Under the pieces are notes generated by a model, which saw nothing but the letters and a program-made list of their open reading frames with translations, ran no database searches and was not told the origin of the DNA. A stretch of DNA of 63,958 nt, filler included, from Blastocystis sp. subtype 4 (Eukaryota): assembly GCF_000743755.1 (NCBI RefSeq). It is 5 parts of 5 records of this genome, joined end to end, with 100 filler letters (N's around TTAATTAATTAA, not from the genome) between each part and the next. Parts side by side here need not be neighbours in the genome. Positions count along the whole stretch, not along the records: positions 1 to 14,793 come from NW_014569284.1; 4 more parts are not named here. One strand, given 5' to 3'. The position numbers and the translations under genes are program-made. Shown piece by piece: positions 1 to 12,166 of this stretch (positions are counted from its first letter, which is position 1; each line of letters begins with the position of its first letter).

Positions 1-343
1 TTTCACTCTACAATACCTGCATCACCGATGTATTGTCATTTAAGTAGACTGTGCTAATTGCCATTGTTGGAACTTCAGCAATGAGGACCCGACGAATAGC
101 ATTCGCAATAGATGCATCCACTCCCACCAATTCAAAAACAACTTGCTCATCAGACTAGATATGAATCAATAACACGAATACACCATTCCTACATGAGAAA
201 GAATGTTAATCTTCACGTTATCCTCCAAATTATCCAGGTAGTGCTCAACTGCATTACTTGTTTCAACCACCTAGTGTGAGATCGATCAACCAATATGTTA
301 CATCCTTAATTCCTGTGAATCCAACCGCAGCCAAAGGTTTCAT
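1..343 (-). CDS. POLR1C: RNA polymerase I/III subunit RPAC1 (RPC40), 5' part; runs off window start
   Basis: Spliced translation includes [31 protein letters not shown], the RPC40/Rpb3 N-terminal motif; ATG at 343. Confidence 0.85.
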
Positions 344-491
344 TTCGTATATGGGAGGTTATTTGAGGAGATAGAGACAATTGAAAGAGATGGAGAAATT
401 CGAGAATAATCTGGTGCCGAATCTGAGGATCGAATTGCCCCATTCTTGGTGTGTTCTAACAAATACAAAATGCAAATATAACATTATAGAA

Positions 492-1567
492 TTAAACATC
501 GTCGTCAGATTCAGCTTGTCTATGCTTATGATGTGACTTCTTGGATTTGATTTCTGGTTTAGATACAACTATTTCTCCTTCACTCATTTCGGAAGCAGAT
601 GCATCTGATTCAAGCATTCCCTTCTCTTCAGCATCTCCTAGTTGAGCACAATGCATGCCGAAATAGTAAATCCAGGCATTGTAGAGAATAAAGAATACAA
701 CATAAGTCCAATTGGACAAGTCATCAAAGGTCTTGTAGTTGATGACTTTCAAGAATTCGCAGACTGTTGTGATAACTCCAACAGCAGCAGCACTATATCC
801 AACAGTTCTCCATGTTCCTCCAATGCAGCCGTTATCAGCATCATATACGCAGGCAATGTAGATTCCAACTGCAAGAATGGTATCTCGTAAAAATGTAACC
901 CATGTGAAACAACTGTCCAGAATGAGGAAAGCCATTTGCATGCCAACATAGGGATTAATTCTCTTTTCATGGTTGGGCTGGAAGATCATCGATGTCTGAC
1001 CTGCCGCCTAAGGTGAACAAATCTAACAATAACTACTGATCGCAATCCAGAAGTGAAGGCTGATTTCATACACTCCAATACAAGACCACAGATCAGACAC
1101 ATCCTCATGAAGCCAGCACCACTATGATCAGCATACATATCCTCCATTGTCTAGTTGTGAATCTAAGAAATCCATACATACGAAGAATGGAATACACGTC
1201 ATTAATCCAAAAAGGATAACTACAGATTACGAGAGGATTAATCGACAACAGAGAATGTTGGAGAATTGAGAACTCCACATATGAGACCTCCGACTTTCAA
1301 AGATGGCATCCAAACAAGTATGGTTGAAGTCCTAGAGTGAATCGCCAGTCATGATACTACTTGAATCTCTCGGAATGAGCAGCCACCATCATCCCGAAGG
1401 CCATTTGTAACAATTTGTTGGAAGACCAAAGCAATAAGGGTTCCAATAACACTACGAAATGATGAAACAGCCTAATTTGGTTACCCAATCTTAGCACAAT
1501 CAGCTGCAAGTCTGTAAACACCTGCAGGATCGCTGGGATAGATACGTCCTTTCAATGTCTCGAGCAT
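492..1567 (-). CDS. Multi-pass membrane protein of unknown function; 5' end uncertain
   Basis: ORF 492-989 has several hydrophobic helices and a charged tail; further hydrophobic exons to ~1570 are separated by ~30-nt introns. Confidence 0.5.
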
Positions 1568-1862
1568 AAATCACCTATATATTACTGCCGTAATTCTTAC
1601 ATACAGTTACGTTGATTCAATAAAGAATAATGACTAGTTATTGAAAGAAACAAAACACAACTCAACACTCTGCCAAAACACATGAACTCCCGTGGTAATT
1701 ATAGGACTCATTGATTATTATGTTGTCTCATCACTTTTCTTTGTGTTTTGAACAACAGAACCAAAAGACATGAAACGATTCTAATGGTAGCAAAAGATGC
1801 AACCAACGAAGAAAGATAATAAAAGGTATCTAACAAACAAGTTCTAAGAGTAGAGTACAGAA

Positions 1863-3189
1863 TCACTTATTAGATCGTACAAAAGACATGGAAGTATGTA
1901 CTTCTTCATTATCTTTATGATCATGACCAATTCCTTTGTTGTCTCGTTTGATATGAATGTCGATAGGTTCCAGAATCCCGTCACCACGCTGCCCTAAAGC
2001 ACCTCCATCCCAGCCCATCTTTTTCAGAAGCGAATTACCAATATTGTCTTCTCCGATGGGTTTGCTTAGACCTTCCATCTATAATAAAAACAAATAATCA
2101 TTCTATACAAGAGTCATCTGCTCAGGCTCCGTAGACTTCACTGGTTTGGAAGAACGAACCTCACTCTTTTTAGAAGTGGAACTATTCATAATGACTACAA
2201 TGAGAGGCAACGTCATTGACAGAGGCTTGGAGACACTAATAATGTACCAATCTTTCACTTTTCGTGTTTCCATACGTAAAGAAAACTTCTCGCAATATTT
2301 ATCAATCTAAACATAATATAAATTGGTAATCAAGTACCATGTTTCGCAAGTGATTGGATTTCACTGGAATTGGTTCAAACGTAAATGAATGAATGAATTC
2401 ATTATTGAGAAGGAATTGGAAGACTCGGAATACACCTTTCTCCTTCGCTTTCGCAAACACTATACATAAGAACAAAACCTATCCGACACTCTTATTCGTT
2501 TTATGTTCCATCTTCTTCTGTACTTTAGGACTCATTTCTGCAAGAGATCTCTCTTCAGGAATAGGATTCATATCAAACAAATCCTTATTGAGTAGAAATG
2601 TTGGAAGAGGCATTTCATCGTCGTCAGAACTATCATCTTCTTCCTCTTCATCCATTCCTTGCTCCTCATGCACAGAATCTGATTTATCATCCATTTCATT
2701 TTTTTCATCATTGGAAAAAACATCTTCCTGATGTTCGTTTTCAGATCTCTCGGATTCACTTTCATTCGGTTCCGAATCTTCATAAAAATGATTAATCTCT
2801 CCCATATCGATTCGCTTGTATTTTCGTAAGGAGTATTTTGAGTAACGATCACTCTATCCATCAAATTAAGTCTATTCACTAACTGTAAGCTTGGAATTTG
2901 TTTCTTGCAGTATTTCAGGAAGGAAGATGGAATCATCATAATCCAGACCTATGAACGGTGATAAGTCCATATCTGCTTTTTTATGCTTTTTCAATTTCCG
3001 TTCATGCTGTTTCCTTCTCTTATCTCTCAGCTTTTTCCCTTGTTTTCTTTACATCACTTCCTGTTGACGGACTCTTACCCTTGCAAACGCGGATATGTAC
3101 TCATTTGACTTTCCAAACAAATACACCACTTTATCCTTCTGACGCCCTTTTTTTGGAGGCAGAGTTTTCTTTTTGTTTTTGATTACCAT
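1863..3189 (-). CDS. G-patch domain protein with basic N-terminus, acidic middle and possible R3H-like region
   Basis: Last exon IGEDNIGNSLLKKMGWDGGALGQRGDGILEPI is a G-patch; acidic exon 2479-2805; Lys-rich first exon from ATG 3189; TGTTTGTT at 1832-1839 (-). Confidence 0.7.
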
Positions 3190-3215
3190 CGCTATCAATT
3201 GTTTCTTTGATAAGA

Positions 3216-6200
3216 ATGGAAGGTCGTGTTGTATTCTACACCGTTTACATTCGCGATGGTGTTTTGAATGTGTTGTTGAATCCAAAACCTATTCAAGAGT
3301 TTCCCCAAGATATCATTGTATCGACTAAGAGTTTTATTGGTTTTGTGGTCTGATTCTCTAGATGCGGCGACTATTATCACCGTTTCTCATATTAGTGTTT
3401 ACAACGAATTAACATCGCACATCCATGCTGGAGATATACTTGTTGCTGTTAACGGAATGTGTATGGGTGTTTTGCCGCCAACTTGTAGCGTTAAGCAGTG
3501 GCAGAGTACATTTATGGCATCTTCCTATCCTCGAATGATAACTCTTTTCCGTTATGATCCAAGTTACAGGATACTATTCAATGCAGATCAAGTTAGATAA
3601 GAACTAGTTCGTTATTTATAGTATTTCTTTGGAACTCCGTTCTGTCACACTGGACTGATATATGGTATTACAGAGGTTGATTTGATAACGTTGTCATCCT
3701 GTCCTTATTGTCGTAATTTGAAACTATTCAAACCGCAAGTGCAGAAGAATGTGCCAGTCAGCTCCCATTCTTCAATCCATCGCGAGTCGAAAGAGGTGAC
3801 AAAGAAACCATTCAAACCGCAAGTTCAGAAGGATGTGCCAGTCAGCTCCCGTTCTTCAATCCATCGTGAGTCGAAAGAGGTGACAGAGATTGCAAATATA
3901 CCACTTCAGTCAAAGCTGATGAGATTAACGGGAGAAGATAATGGGCGTTCAGAAGGTACATCAAATCAGCTATCATCTTTGAGCAAGTATTTCTTAGATT
4001 CTTCGCTGAGTCATTCTATATTCAATACACACCAGATTCTTGCTTTCGGTTTGCGAGATGTCTTAATGAACCTTTCACAAGTAATAACCCAATGCTTCCA
4101 ACATAATCTCTTCACATCGTCATCTCGTCTTCTATTGAAGCAACGTTTGGAAGAGTTAAGCAAAGGAATAGGTATTAGGAATCGCGAGGTGTATACGGGT
4201 CTGATTCAATTCAATCAGACAGTAGAGCGATCTATTTGTCTCTATAAGAATAACATCGAATCGTATATTAAGACGATAGACATACCAGAGAATGTTCAAA
4301 GTGCCAAGACGCTTCATTCTCTTTGTGATACCTTACTTAATGATTGTTATTCAATTATGACTGTTCTGGATAGTTTGAAAGGAAGACTTAGTAAATAAGG
4401 ATTCTCTTGAATATGATGATTAGATGCTCAGGCTAGTCAACAGAATGCGAGTAGATGGAGAAATATTGTTCCTTCTTCTCTTGATCAAATAAGACCAAAG
4501 GATCAGTCCAGACTACCATATTCAGAAACAGAAAGAGAATTGAAACCTCTTGACAATAGTCCAACTACTGTACTGATGCCAAAAGTCAAAGCAGTTGATG
4601 TGATTGGAGGTAAGGATGCTATGAGTGTGTGAGCTGTTAGAAGCTAATGAAATGGATTTTGGTGAACAGTATAATGAGGAAGTGTTTCATTCCTACACTC
4701 CTAAGAAGGTGAAGATTGGGAATCCTCATCCTGATCCTGTGGTAGAAACAGCGTACATATGAGGTGATTGATTGATGGGTAGTGCCTTAGCTGCTGTGGA
4801 TCCTCCTGATACCTTCTATGAGTTACATCTTCCTCAACGTATCATCACAGAAACGCTTCTCTCTTCACTTCAGTTAGAAACAGTCATTTATGCTTGTCAG
4901 AGACATCAGCTGTTCTCACCAGATGGTAGAGAGTGAACTATCATTCTCAGTATTAGGATATCGATATGGATTCTTACTGGGAGATGGAGCTGGTGTTGGA
5001 AAAGGTCGTCAGCTTGCTGGAATCATTGCAGAGAATTGGGTTCAGTAGAACTGAGAGTATGAAGTGATGTGTAGAGGCCGGCGAAAGGCCATTTGGATCT
5101 CTGAATCAGCTGATTTGTACTATGATTGTAAAAGAGATTTGAGAGATATCGGATTTGAAGATATTCGCGTGGTTAACTTGCGTGATTCACCATATGGTTC
5201 TGTAATGATTCCCAAAACGTACGTTTTTTTGGATTCCAAATGATGACAAGTAATCAGTTGTTTAAGGAAGGGGTACTATTTTTGACATACAGTATTTTAA
5301 TAAGTAAGAAATCAGGATCAAGCCGTTCATCTCATACAAGCCGCTATTATCAACTACTGAGATGGTGTGGGGATAAGCAATTTGATGGGGTTCTGATTCT
5401 GGATGAATGTCACAACGCAAAGACTGGAACTGTGACTCGAGGAAAAGGAGTGAGAGTTTCTCTTAGTAAGACAGCACAGACTGTATCTGACCTTCAAAAA
5501 GCGCTTCCTAATGCGCGTGTTGTCTACAGCAGTGCTACAGGAGGTAGTGATGAGAAAGAATTAGGATATATGCAACGCCTTGGTCTATGGGGATCAGGAA
5601 CCTCTTATTCGTCGTTCAGTGATCTGGCCTTCAAATTGAGTCGTGGTGGATTGTCATTCTTGGAAATGCTGTGTTGTGATATCAAGGCTAAAGGGACCTT
5701 TATCTCTCGGCAGTTATCATTTATTGGATGTCGATTTGATATTGTGGAGGCAGTAATGACAGAGTCAATGGCTTCTATGTATTACCAGAGTGTTCAGGTG
5801 TGGAAAGAGTTTCTCAAAGGGTTCAAAGAGGCGTTTGAGGTACGATTTCATTGAACGAGTCATTCATAGATTATCACACCATATGCCAAGTACACACAAT
5901 CAGGACACAAGTCAGACGAAGGAGACTTGTTTGATGTGATGGAGGAGGAGGATGGAGTGAGAATCGATTCATGATGTGATCTGTAGCAAGTTCCACTCAA
6001 AATGATGTGGAGTTACTATTGGGGATGTTTCCAACGGTTCTTTAAACATATGACCATATCTGCCAAAGTTGGTGTATTCCCGTGGGATGAGTTCTAGATT
6101 CATGAATGTGTGGAATTAACAAACTCTGCTATTAACGAAGGGAAGTGTGTTGTAATTGGTCTACAGAGTACAGGTGATAGTCGAACAAAAAGTGAGGTCC

Positions 6201-9091
6201 TTCGTCAATGTGATCAGTCAACTGATTCAGAGGATGAGAATGATGGTAAGTCCAATCTGTGTTATTCATGTTAAGGAATCCAATTTGTGGACGGATTCGT
6301 ATCTTCACCTAAAGCGATTCTATATCAACTCTTGGAGAAGGCATTCCCGACAATCCTTATCCCCGATCATCTTATTGTGACAAATCAGTCCACAAAGACA
6401 AAATTGGATGAGGTCTCAAGTCATTCCAGTGATCATTGAATGTTGAAGTGAGAGATAGAATTCAGTTCGTTACGACGTCGAAGTAAACAGTCTCAGCAGA
6501 ATCTAGCGTAGGAGTGATACTAGAAATGTGAACGTAGACGAGTGGCGAGTTATTTGTTTGAGAGTGATAGTGAGAGTGATTCAGTTCCAGACATCGCACT
6601 CACTCAATCAGAAGAAGAAGGAGTCATTCTCGAAGATTTGGTCGTGAATTCAGAAGAGGAACAAGTTCCATCCAAATCCGTTCAATCAGATGACCTCGCT
6701 TCAAATGATGGTATTCAGTTGCTGAACACACTGAATGAAGTGCAAAATCGATTGAACCATATTCGATCTCATCTTCGATCTCTTGCAGAGAGTATCTCTC
6801 TTCCTGTGAATCCTCTGGATGAGTTGATTGACCACCTTGGAGGAGAGAGTGTGGTAGCAGAAATGACAGGTCGAACTCATCGAATCCTTCATCACCATCC
6901 AGGTGTTGCTGATTCGTCAACACAATTTCTGATGGAGCTCCATGGTACTTCAAATCCGGAGGCAATGAATATGAATGAATTACGATTGAATGAAGACTAT
7001 TATTACTATGAGAATCGAGGTATAAAACGAGGAAGTGATGAAGGAGTTAATATGCGTGAGAAGGAGCTGTTTCAACAAGGAATCAAACGAGTAGCCATCA
7101 TTTCAGAAGCAGCATCAGCAGGAATATCGTTGCATTGTGATTGCCGAGTTCCTAATCAGGCAAAGAGACTCCATATCATTCTGGAATTGCCTTGGTCTGC
7201 TGATAAGATCATTCAACAGTGCGGAAGGTCACATCGAAGTAACCAACGTGTACCTCCTGACTATGTGTTTCTGCTATCAGCTGTTGGAGGAGAATTGCGA
7301 TTCGTTTCAACTATCAGTAAGCGATTACGAGCATTAGGAGCTCTCACACAAGGATCCAGAAATGCTACTGGAGCTCTCGATTTCTCTCAATTCGATTATA
7401 ACTCCAGCTATGCGAAGAAGGCTGTAACGTTGCTAATTGACACAATTCTAATCCAACCTCCTAACTCAGATATTTCTATTTCACCTCCTAATGAACCTCT
7501 CTTTGAACCAGGAGTATACCCCGGAGTTATAACATACGAAACTGATGAGAAGAATGAATATGAAGCTTACAAGCAAGCTTCAGGAGTGAATCGATTGCGA
7601 ATGATGCAGACTTGGTTAAGAAGTGTTGACTTTCAGTATGAGCGATCTGATGCCTCAGTTAACTTATTCAATCGATTGTTGGGGCTGGAGTTATGGAAAC
7701 AGCAGATTCTAGTGAAGTATTTGAACGATGTGGGTGTATGAATGTGAGGTAAGAAATAGATTCTTCAGAAGGAAACTTATAAACTCCAACAGAGTGAAGT
7801 GTTAGATCAAGGATTGAATGTTATCACTGGGAATACTATTCGTGTGATTGGAGAACCTGAGTGTGTATATACTGATCCAATGACTGGAGTTCAATCTGTT
7901 TACTATCGAGTGTCTGTTTCACGAAGTGTCTCATATGCTGATTTAATGAAGATGAATAAAAAGGGGTATGATTTGTGATATGGTATAATTCAAAGGAAAT
8001 TCTACAAATCCAAATCTTGGAACTTTATTGTTTACATATATCATGATGATTACTCTCCAAAGAACTGGAAGAAGGATACACAGCTGCATTTGGTTCGTCC
8101 ATCTACGGGTCCAGCAGCGAATGTGTGGACTCTGGAAGATATCACAGACAAGTATGTTGAGGTTACAGAGGATGCAGAGAAGCTCTGGACACAAGCAGAG
8201 CAACAGGCACAAACACAGTGTGCTCATGGTCCAAACTGTCCTCGACCTAATTGTGAAGTTGGCAAGGCAATTCAGACGGTACACATTGTAGCTGGTCAGT
8301 TCGTTGTGTTGTGGGGATATTTGCAGGCTTGTGTTCCAAAGGGAAAGAAATTACGATTAGTTCAAGTATCAGCAATGAAGGGAGATGAAGAAGTGTTGAT
8401 AACTGGTGTGCGTATTTTGGGAGCAATGAGTGAACAATTGAAAGCGAAGCTAAAGGCATTAGAAGAACTTCAGAGGAAGGAGGTTGAGAAACAGAAACAA
8501 TTGACAGAAGAACATAAGAAGAGACAGAGAGAAGCTTATGAGAAAGGATTGGAACGAAAACGTCAAAGAGAAATGACTCGAACTATGGAGGATCAAATTC
8601 AGTCATTATCGTCTCGACAAGAATGGCAAGATATCATGGGATATAGTCGATTGTTGCGTAGAGCAACTGCAAGACGATATCCCATGAATCATGATTCATC
8701 CATGCCTTCATTGGTTCCATTGTATGGTAATGAAGGAATAAAAATACTATTTGAAAAAGCAAGGACACTAATCATGAATGCAGAAGTACCAGAGGATCTA
8801 CCTGGATTGTATCCACTTATAAGGACAGAAGTATGTAATAGTGAAGAGAAGAAGGAAATAAGTAGTGAGACTGAAGACAGTGAATCATCCTGTGAAGAAT
8901 TATTTGAGTCATCAGATGAGACTATCTCACTGAGTGGTGATTCTGTCTCTTCTGATATATCTTTGAAGGATTCATCACTCTCTAATTCATTGACGCTTGA
9001 TTCTGTGTCTTCTAACTCATCTCAGACCCAGGATCTCTCCGAATCTCCATTACTAATAGATTCAACTTCAGTTAAGAATGATAATTTGTAA
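3216..9091 (+). CDS. SBNO1: Strawberry notch-like SF2 helicase-family protein with N-terminal PDZ-like extension
   Basis: Motifs [85 protein letters not shown]. Confidence 0.9.
3727..3885 (+). repeat. In-frame tandem duplication, 84-bp (28-aa) period
   Basis: ttcaaaccgcaagt(g/t)cagaag(a/g)atgtgccagtcagctccc...gaggtgaca starts at 3727 and again at 3811 with few mismatches. Confidence 0.9.
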
Positions 9092-9104
9092 CAAACATGT
9101 TTCT

Positions 9105-10083
9105 CTAAACAAACAAACCGCGATTTGTCGGCAGCTCGTTGCTTGTCCATAACAAATCGTCCTGCTACCCATCATCACCTATTCAAAGACCTACCTCAAT
9201 TACTGCATCCAATAAGCTAAATAGCTTATCACTAACCATACTTGCAACTTGAAGAGACCCAAGCAAGGTATTGGGATCAATTCTTCCTTGTTGGTTTTGT
9301 ACACTTACAATCTCCTTACGACGATTTACACAAACGAGCAAACTCGATTCCGCACATAATTCTTCTTCCCGCGTTGCATCTACAAAAATGGTATCAGCGA
9401 CTTTGTTGATGGTGACACCAATGGGAATTGTCATACAAGAGAGGCGTCTGAAGTGTGTTGGATCATCATCAATATCAAAATCCTTTTCCTCTTGATCGAA
9501 ATTCTTTAGAGGAGTTGTAATTGGAAGACGCGTTGTCCGAAGTGCCACAAGAATTGAGAGAAGTGATACATCAATCACATTCCCAGAATCTTCATAGATT
9601 TCAACATCAATGAAAAGCTTCCAACAAAACTGCTTGGGAACAATAATTAGCTCTTCCAAGTTCATGGCACCAGGACTAAGAAGGATTCTAACGCTAACAA
9701 AGAAATGGTCGAACCTACTTCGTAATACTCTCAGCAATAACATTTCCATTCACTTCAATCGATCGATTACGATATTCTGGATTTGCTGAAGCAGTATAAG
9801 CTACAGTCATTTCAATTTGGTTTTCAAGAACAAAATCATCTCCAATAGGTTGAACTTCGGCCTTTACAGATGTAATAACGTCCGTTCCTTCATTTGAGAA
9901 ACGGACTCGGGAAGAGCCGTGTGATTGTTGTAATATGTTGGTTTCAATTTCGAGACCTCTAAATATCAAACAATTCTATAGGGTTGACCTCATTTGGTTG
10001 TTCTTCCGCCCATCGGTTCTGATATCCTGTTTAAGACCATCAATAATGTATCTCTTCTCCGCTTTGGAAATATCAAAGAGCAT
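9105..10083 (-). CDS. EXOSC7: Exosome complex RNase PH subunit RRP42
   Basis: MLFDISKAEKRYIIDGLKQDIRTDGR...SHGSSRVR...VKAEV; a final 30-nt intron gives ...NRGLFV* followed 7 nt later by TGTTTGTT. Confidence 0.85.
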
Positions 10084-10172
10084 AGCAGACGAACAATGGT
10101 TGTTCGTCTCAAGTGAACGAAATTGTGGGATCCCCATTTCAGTATATCATTCATAATAACAAACAACAATCA

Positions 10173-11920
10173 CTAAAACACCAACTTCATTAATACATCC
10201 ATGAATTCTTGTTTAATGTCAACTCCTCCAAATGTACGTTCATTCATCTCCTCCTGCTTCTCTGTATCCAAACTATTTAGCTGAATGACTTTCATTTCAC
10301 TCTTCTCTTGAGGAATTGTTGTATTTTCATTTCCTTGGATAGATGGGTTGTCAATCACAGGCATGTCAGTCTGTTGTGGTTGATTCACCACTTCTGGCTG
10401 CATAGAAAAGATGTTAGGAGGATACATCGATGGATTGGTCTGTGCCGTATAAGGATCTGTTCCATATGTAGAAGGCATCTGATATGGATATGATGCTTGT
10501 TGTCCATATCCCTGCTATGGATGAGCCATTACTATCATGCTTACAGTATATCCATAGTCATAATACAGAGGAGCACCCGAAGGGTACTGTTGAGACTGTT
10601 GAGTTCCATAAGGCTGTTGATATTGAGTACCATATTGTTGATTGTATTGGGTACCATATTGTGGATATTGATCATATTGTTGATATTGCGTTCCATACCC
10701 ATAATCATTCTTCCTAGGATAAGTAGATGGTGTTGAACGAATAGCAGCTTCCATCTCCTCCTTGCTATGAGCATTTCTGCAACTGGAGCCAAATCGACAT
10801 TGACCTTGAAGGAAGTATTTGCACATTTCTCGTTTACCTCCTGATCCTGGAACTGGTGCTGGATCTACAAATGAAGATTAAAATGAGAAGATACATGAAA
10901 CTGTATCAGATCGCTTTGCCGGGTCCTATACATGAGAATCAATCACAGAACACAAACAGTGTATGGAGCATCATATGTTCGTTTCACACTACTATAATCT
11001 CCTTCTCGCAATGTCTGGACTCGACCAAACACCTGAGGTGAGGGTGGTTGTTGGCTGTCCCAGCGAGAAGGAGGAGGTGATCGAGTTCTGCTTGAACGAC
11101 CATAACTCTCACGAGGAGGTGAACGATCATGAGGAGGTGAACGACCACGAGGAGGAGAACGCTCACGAGAGGAATAGGAACGATCCTGTCGATCCCGAGA
11201 GTGAGGAGGAGATCGATCGCGAGTTGAGCTGTTGTGCTGGAATTCTCGAGGAGGACTTCGAGAATGAGATCGGTTAGATCGCTTTGAAGAAAGACTTTTG
11301 GAATGTGAATGAAGATGCGAATCACTTCGTGGAGGAGAACGATCTCGAATGACCCCACGCGGAGGAGAACGATCCCGGATCACTCCACGAGGAGGAGAAC
11401 GACTCCGATCTCTTCGACCAAACACAGGTTCACGATTTGTTTCCACTGTTTGTGCTTTCCGCTTCTTTTCCGCTTCCTCAAGAGCAGCGGCAGCAGCAGC
11501 ACGTTGCTTTTCTATTTCTTGTTTCCGCTGTTCTTGTACCTTCTTTTCCTAACGATAGTCAACAACTCCAAACAACTATACCTTTGCCAATTTGCGTTTA
11601 TATTTTTCCCTTTGGTTATCGAATTCGACACTGCATTCAGGACATGCCCAATTTCCCTATGCATTACAGATAATTAGAGTTAAACTTACCTTTGGTATAA
11701 CTTTAAGAGGAGGAAGAAGACATCCAGGATGAAAACTCAGATTACAATAATCACACAGCAAAAGATTTCCTCCTTTGGAACATAGCTCACATCCAGAATT
11801 ATGATCATGTTTCCAAGTCTTCACAAGTTTGAGATCAGATCCAGTTATTTCTGTTCCCTGCCCATATTTTCGGAATGCTTCTCTCCTTTCAGGAGCTAAC
11901 GTATCCAATACAGACGACAT
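10173..11920 (-). CDS. PHD finger, coiled coil, RS/RSPP-rich region, CCCH zinc finger and Q/Y-rich tail protein
   Basis: CELCSKGGNLLLCDYCNLSFHPGCL...WACPEC (PHD); RDRSPPR repeats; CKYFLQGQCRFGSSCRNAH (C3H1). Confidence 0.75.
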
Positions 11921-12023
11921 CGGGAAGAATGAATGGAATCGATGTTCACAAATTCTGATATATGGAGCAACTATTAATGTCTGTTCTACAGGAGACAATA
12001 GAGAAACAACGAAAAGAAAAGAA

Positions 12024-12095
12024 GGGCCTACACGGGAATCGAACCCGTGACCTCTCGCACCCTAAGCGAGAATCATACCACTAGACCAGCAGGCC
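12024..12095 (-). tRNA. tRNA-Pro (anticodon AGG)
   Basis: Reverse complement GGCCTGCTGGTCTAGTGGTATGATTCTCGCTTAGGGTGCGAGAGGTCACGGGTTCGATTCCCGTGTAGGCCC folds as a 72-nt cloverleaf with anticodon loop TTAGGGT. Confidence 0.97.
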
Positions 12096-12166
12096 ACCAC
12101 CTGAATTCCTAATCTTGCATATTTAAAATGAATGAATTGAGTTAACTATCACAAAATAGTGTAAGC

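Noticed and set aside
4400..6540. Frequent in-frame stops and frameshifts suggesting pseudogenes or an alternative genetic code
   Set aside because: Where I traced them they resolve as ~30-nt GT-AG introns under the standard code
11090..11410. Repeating gaggaggagaacga units resembling a repeat array or CRISPR
   Set aside because: They encode RSPP repeats on the minus strand; no unique spacers or cas genes
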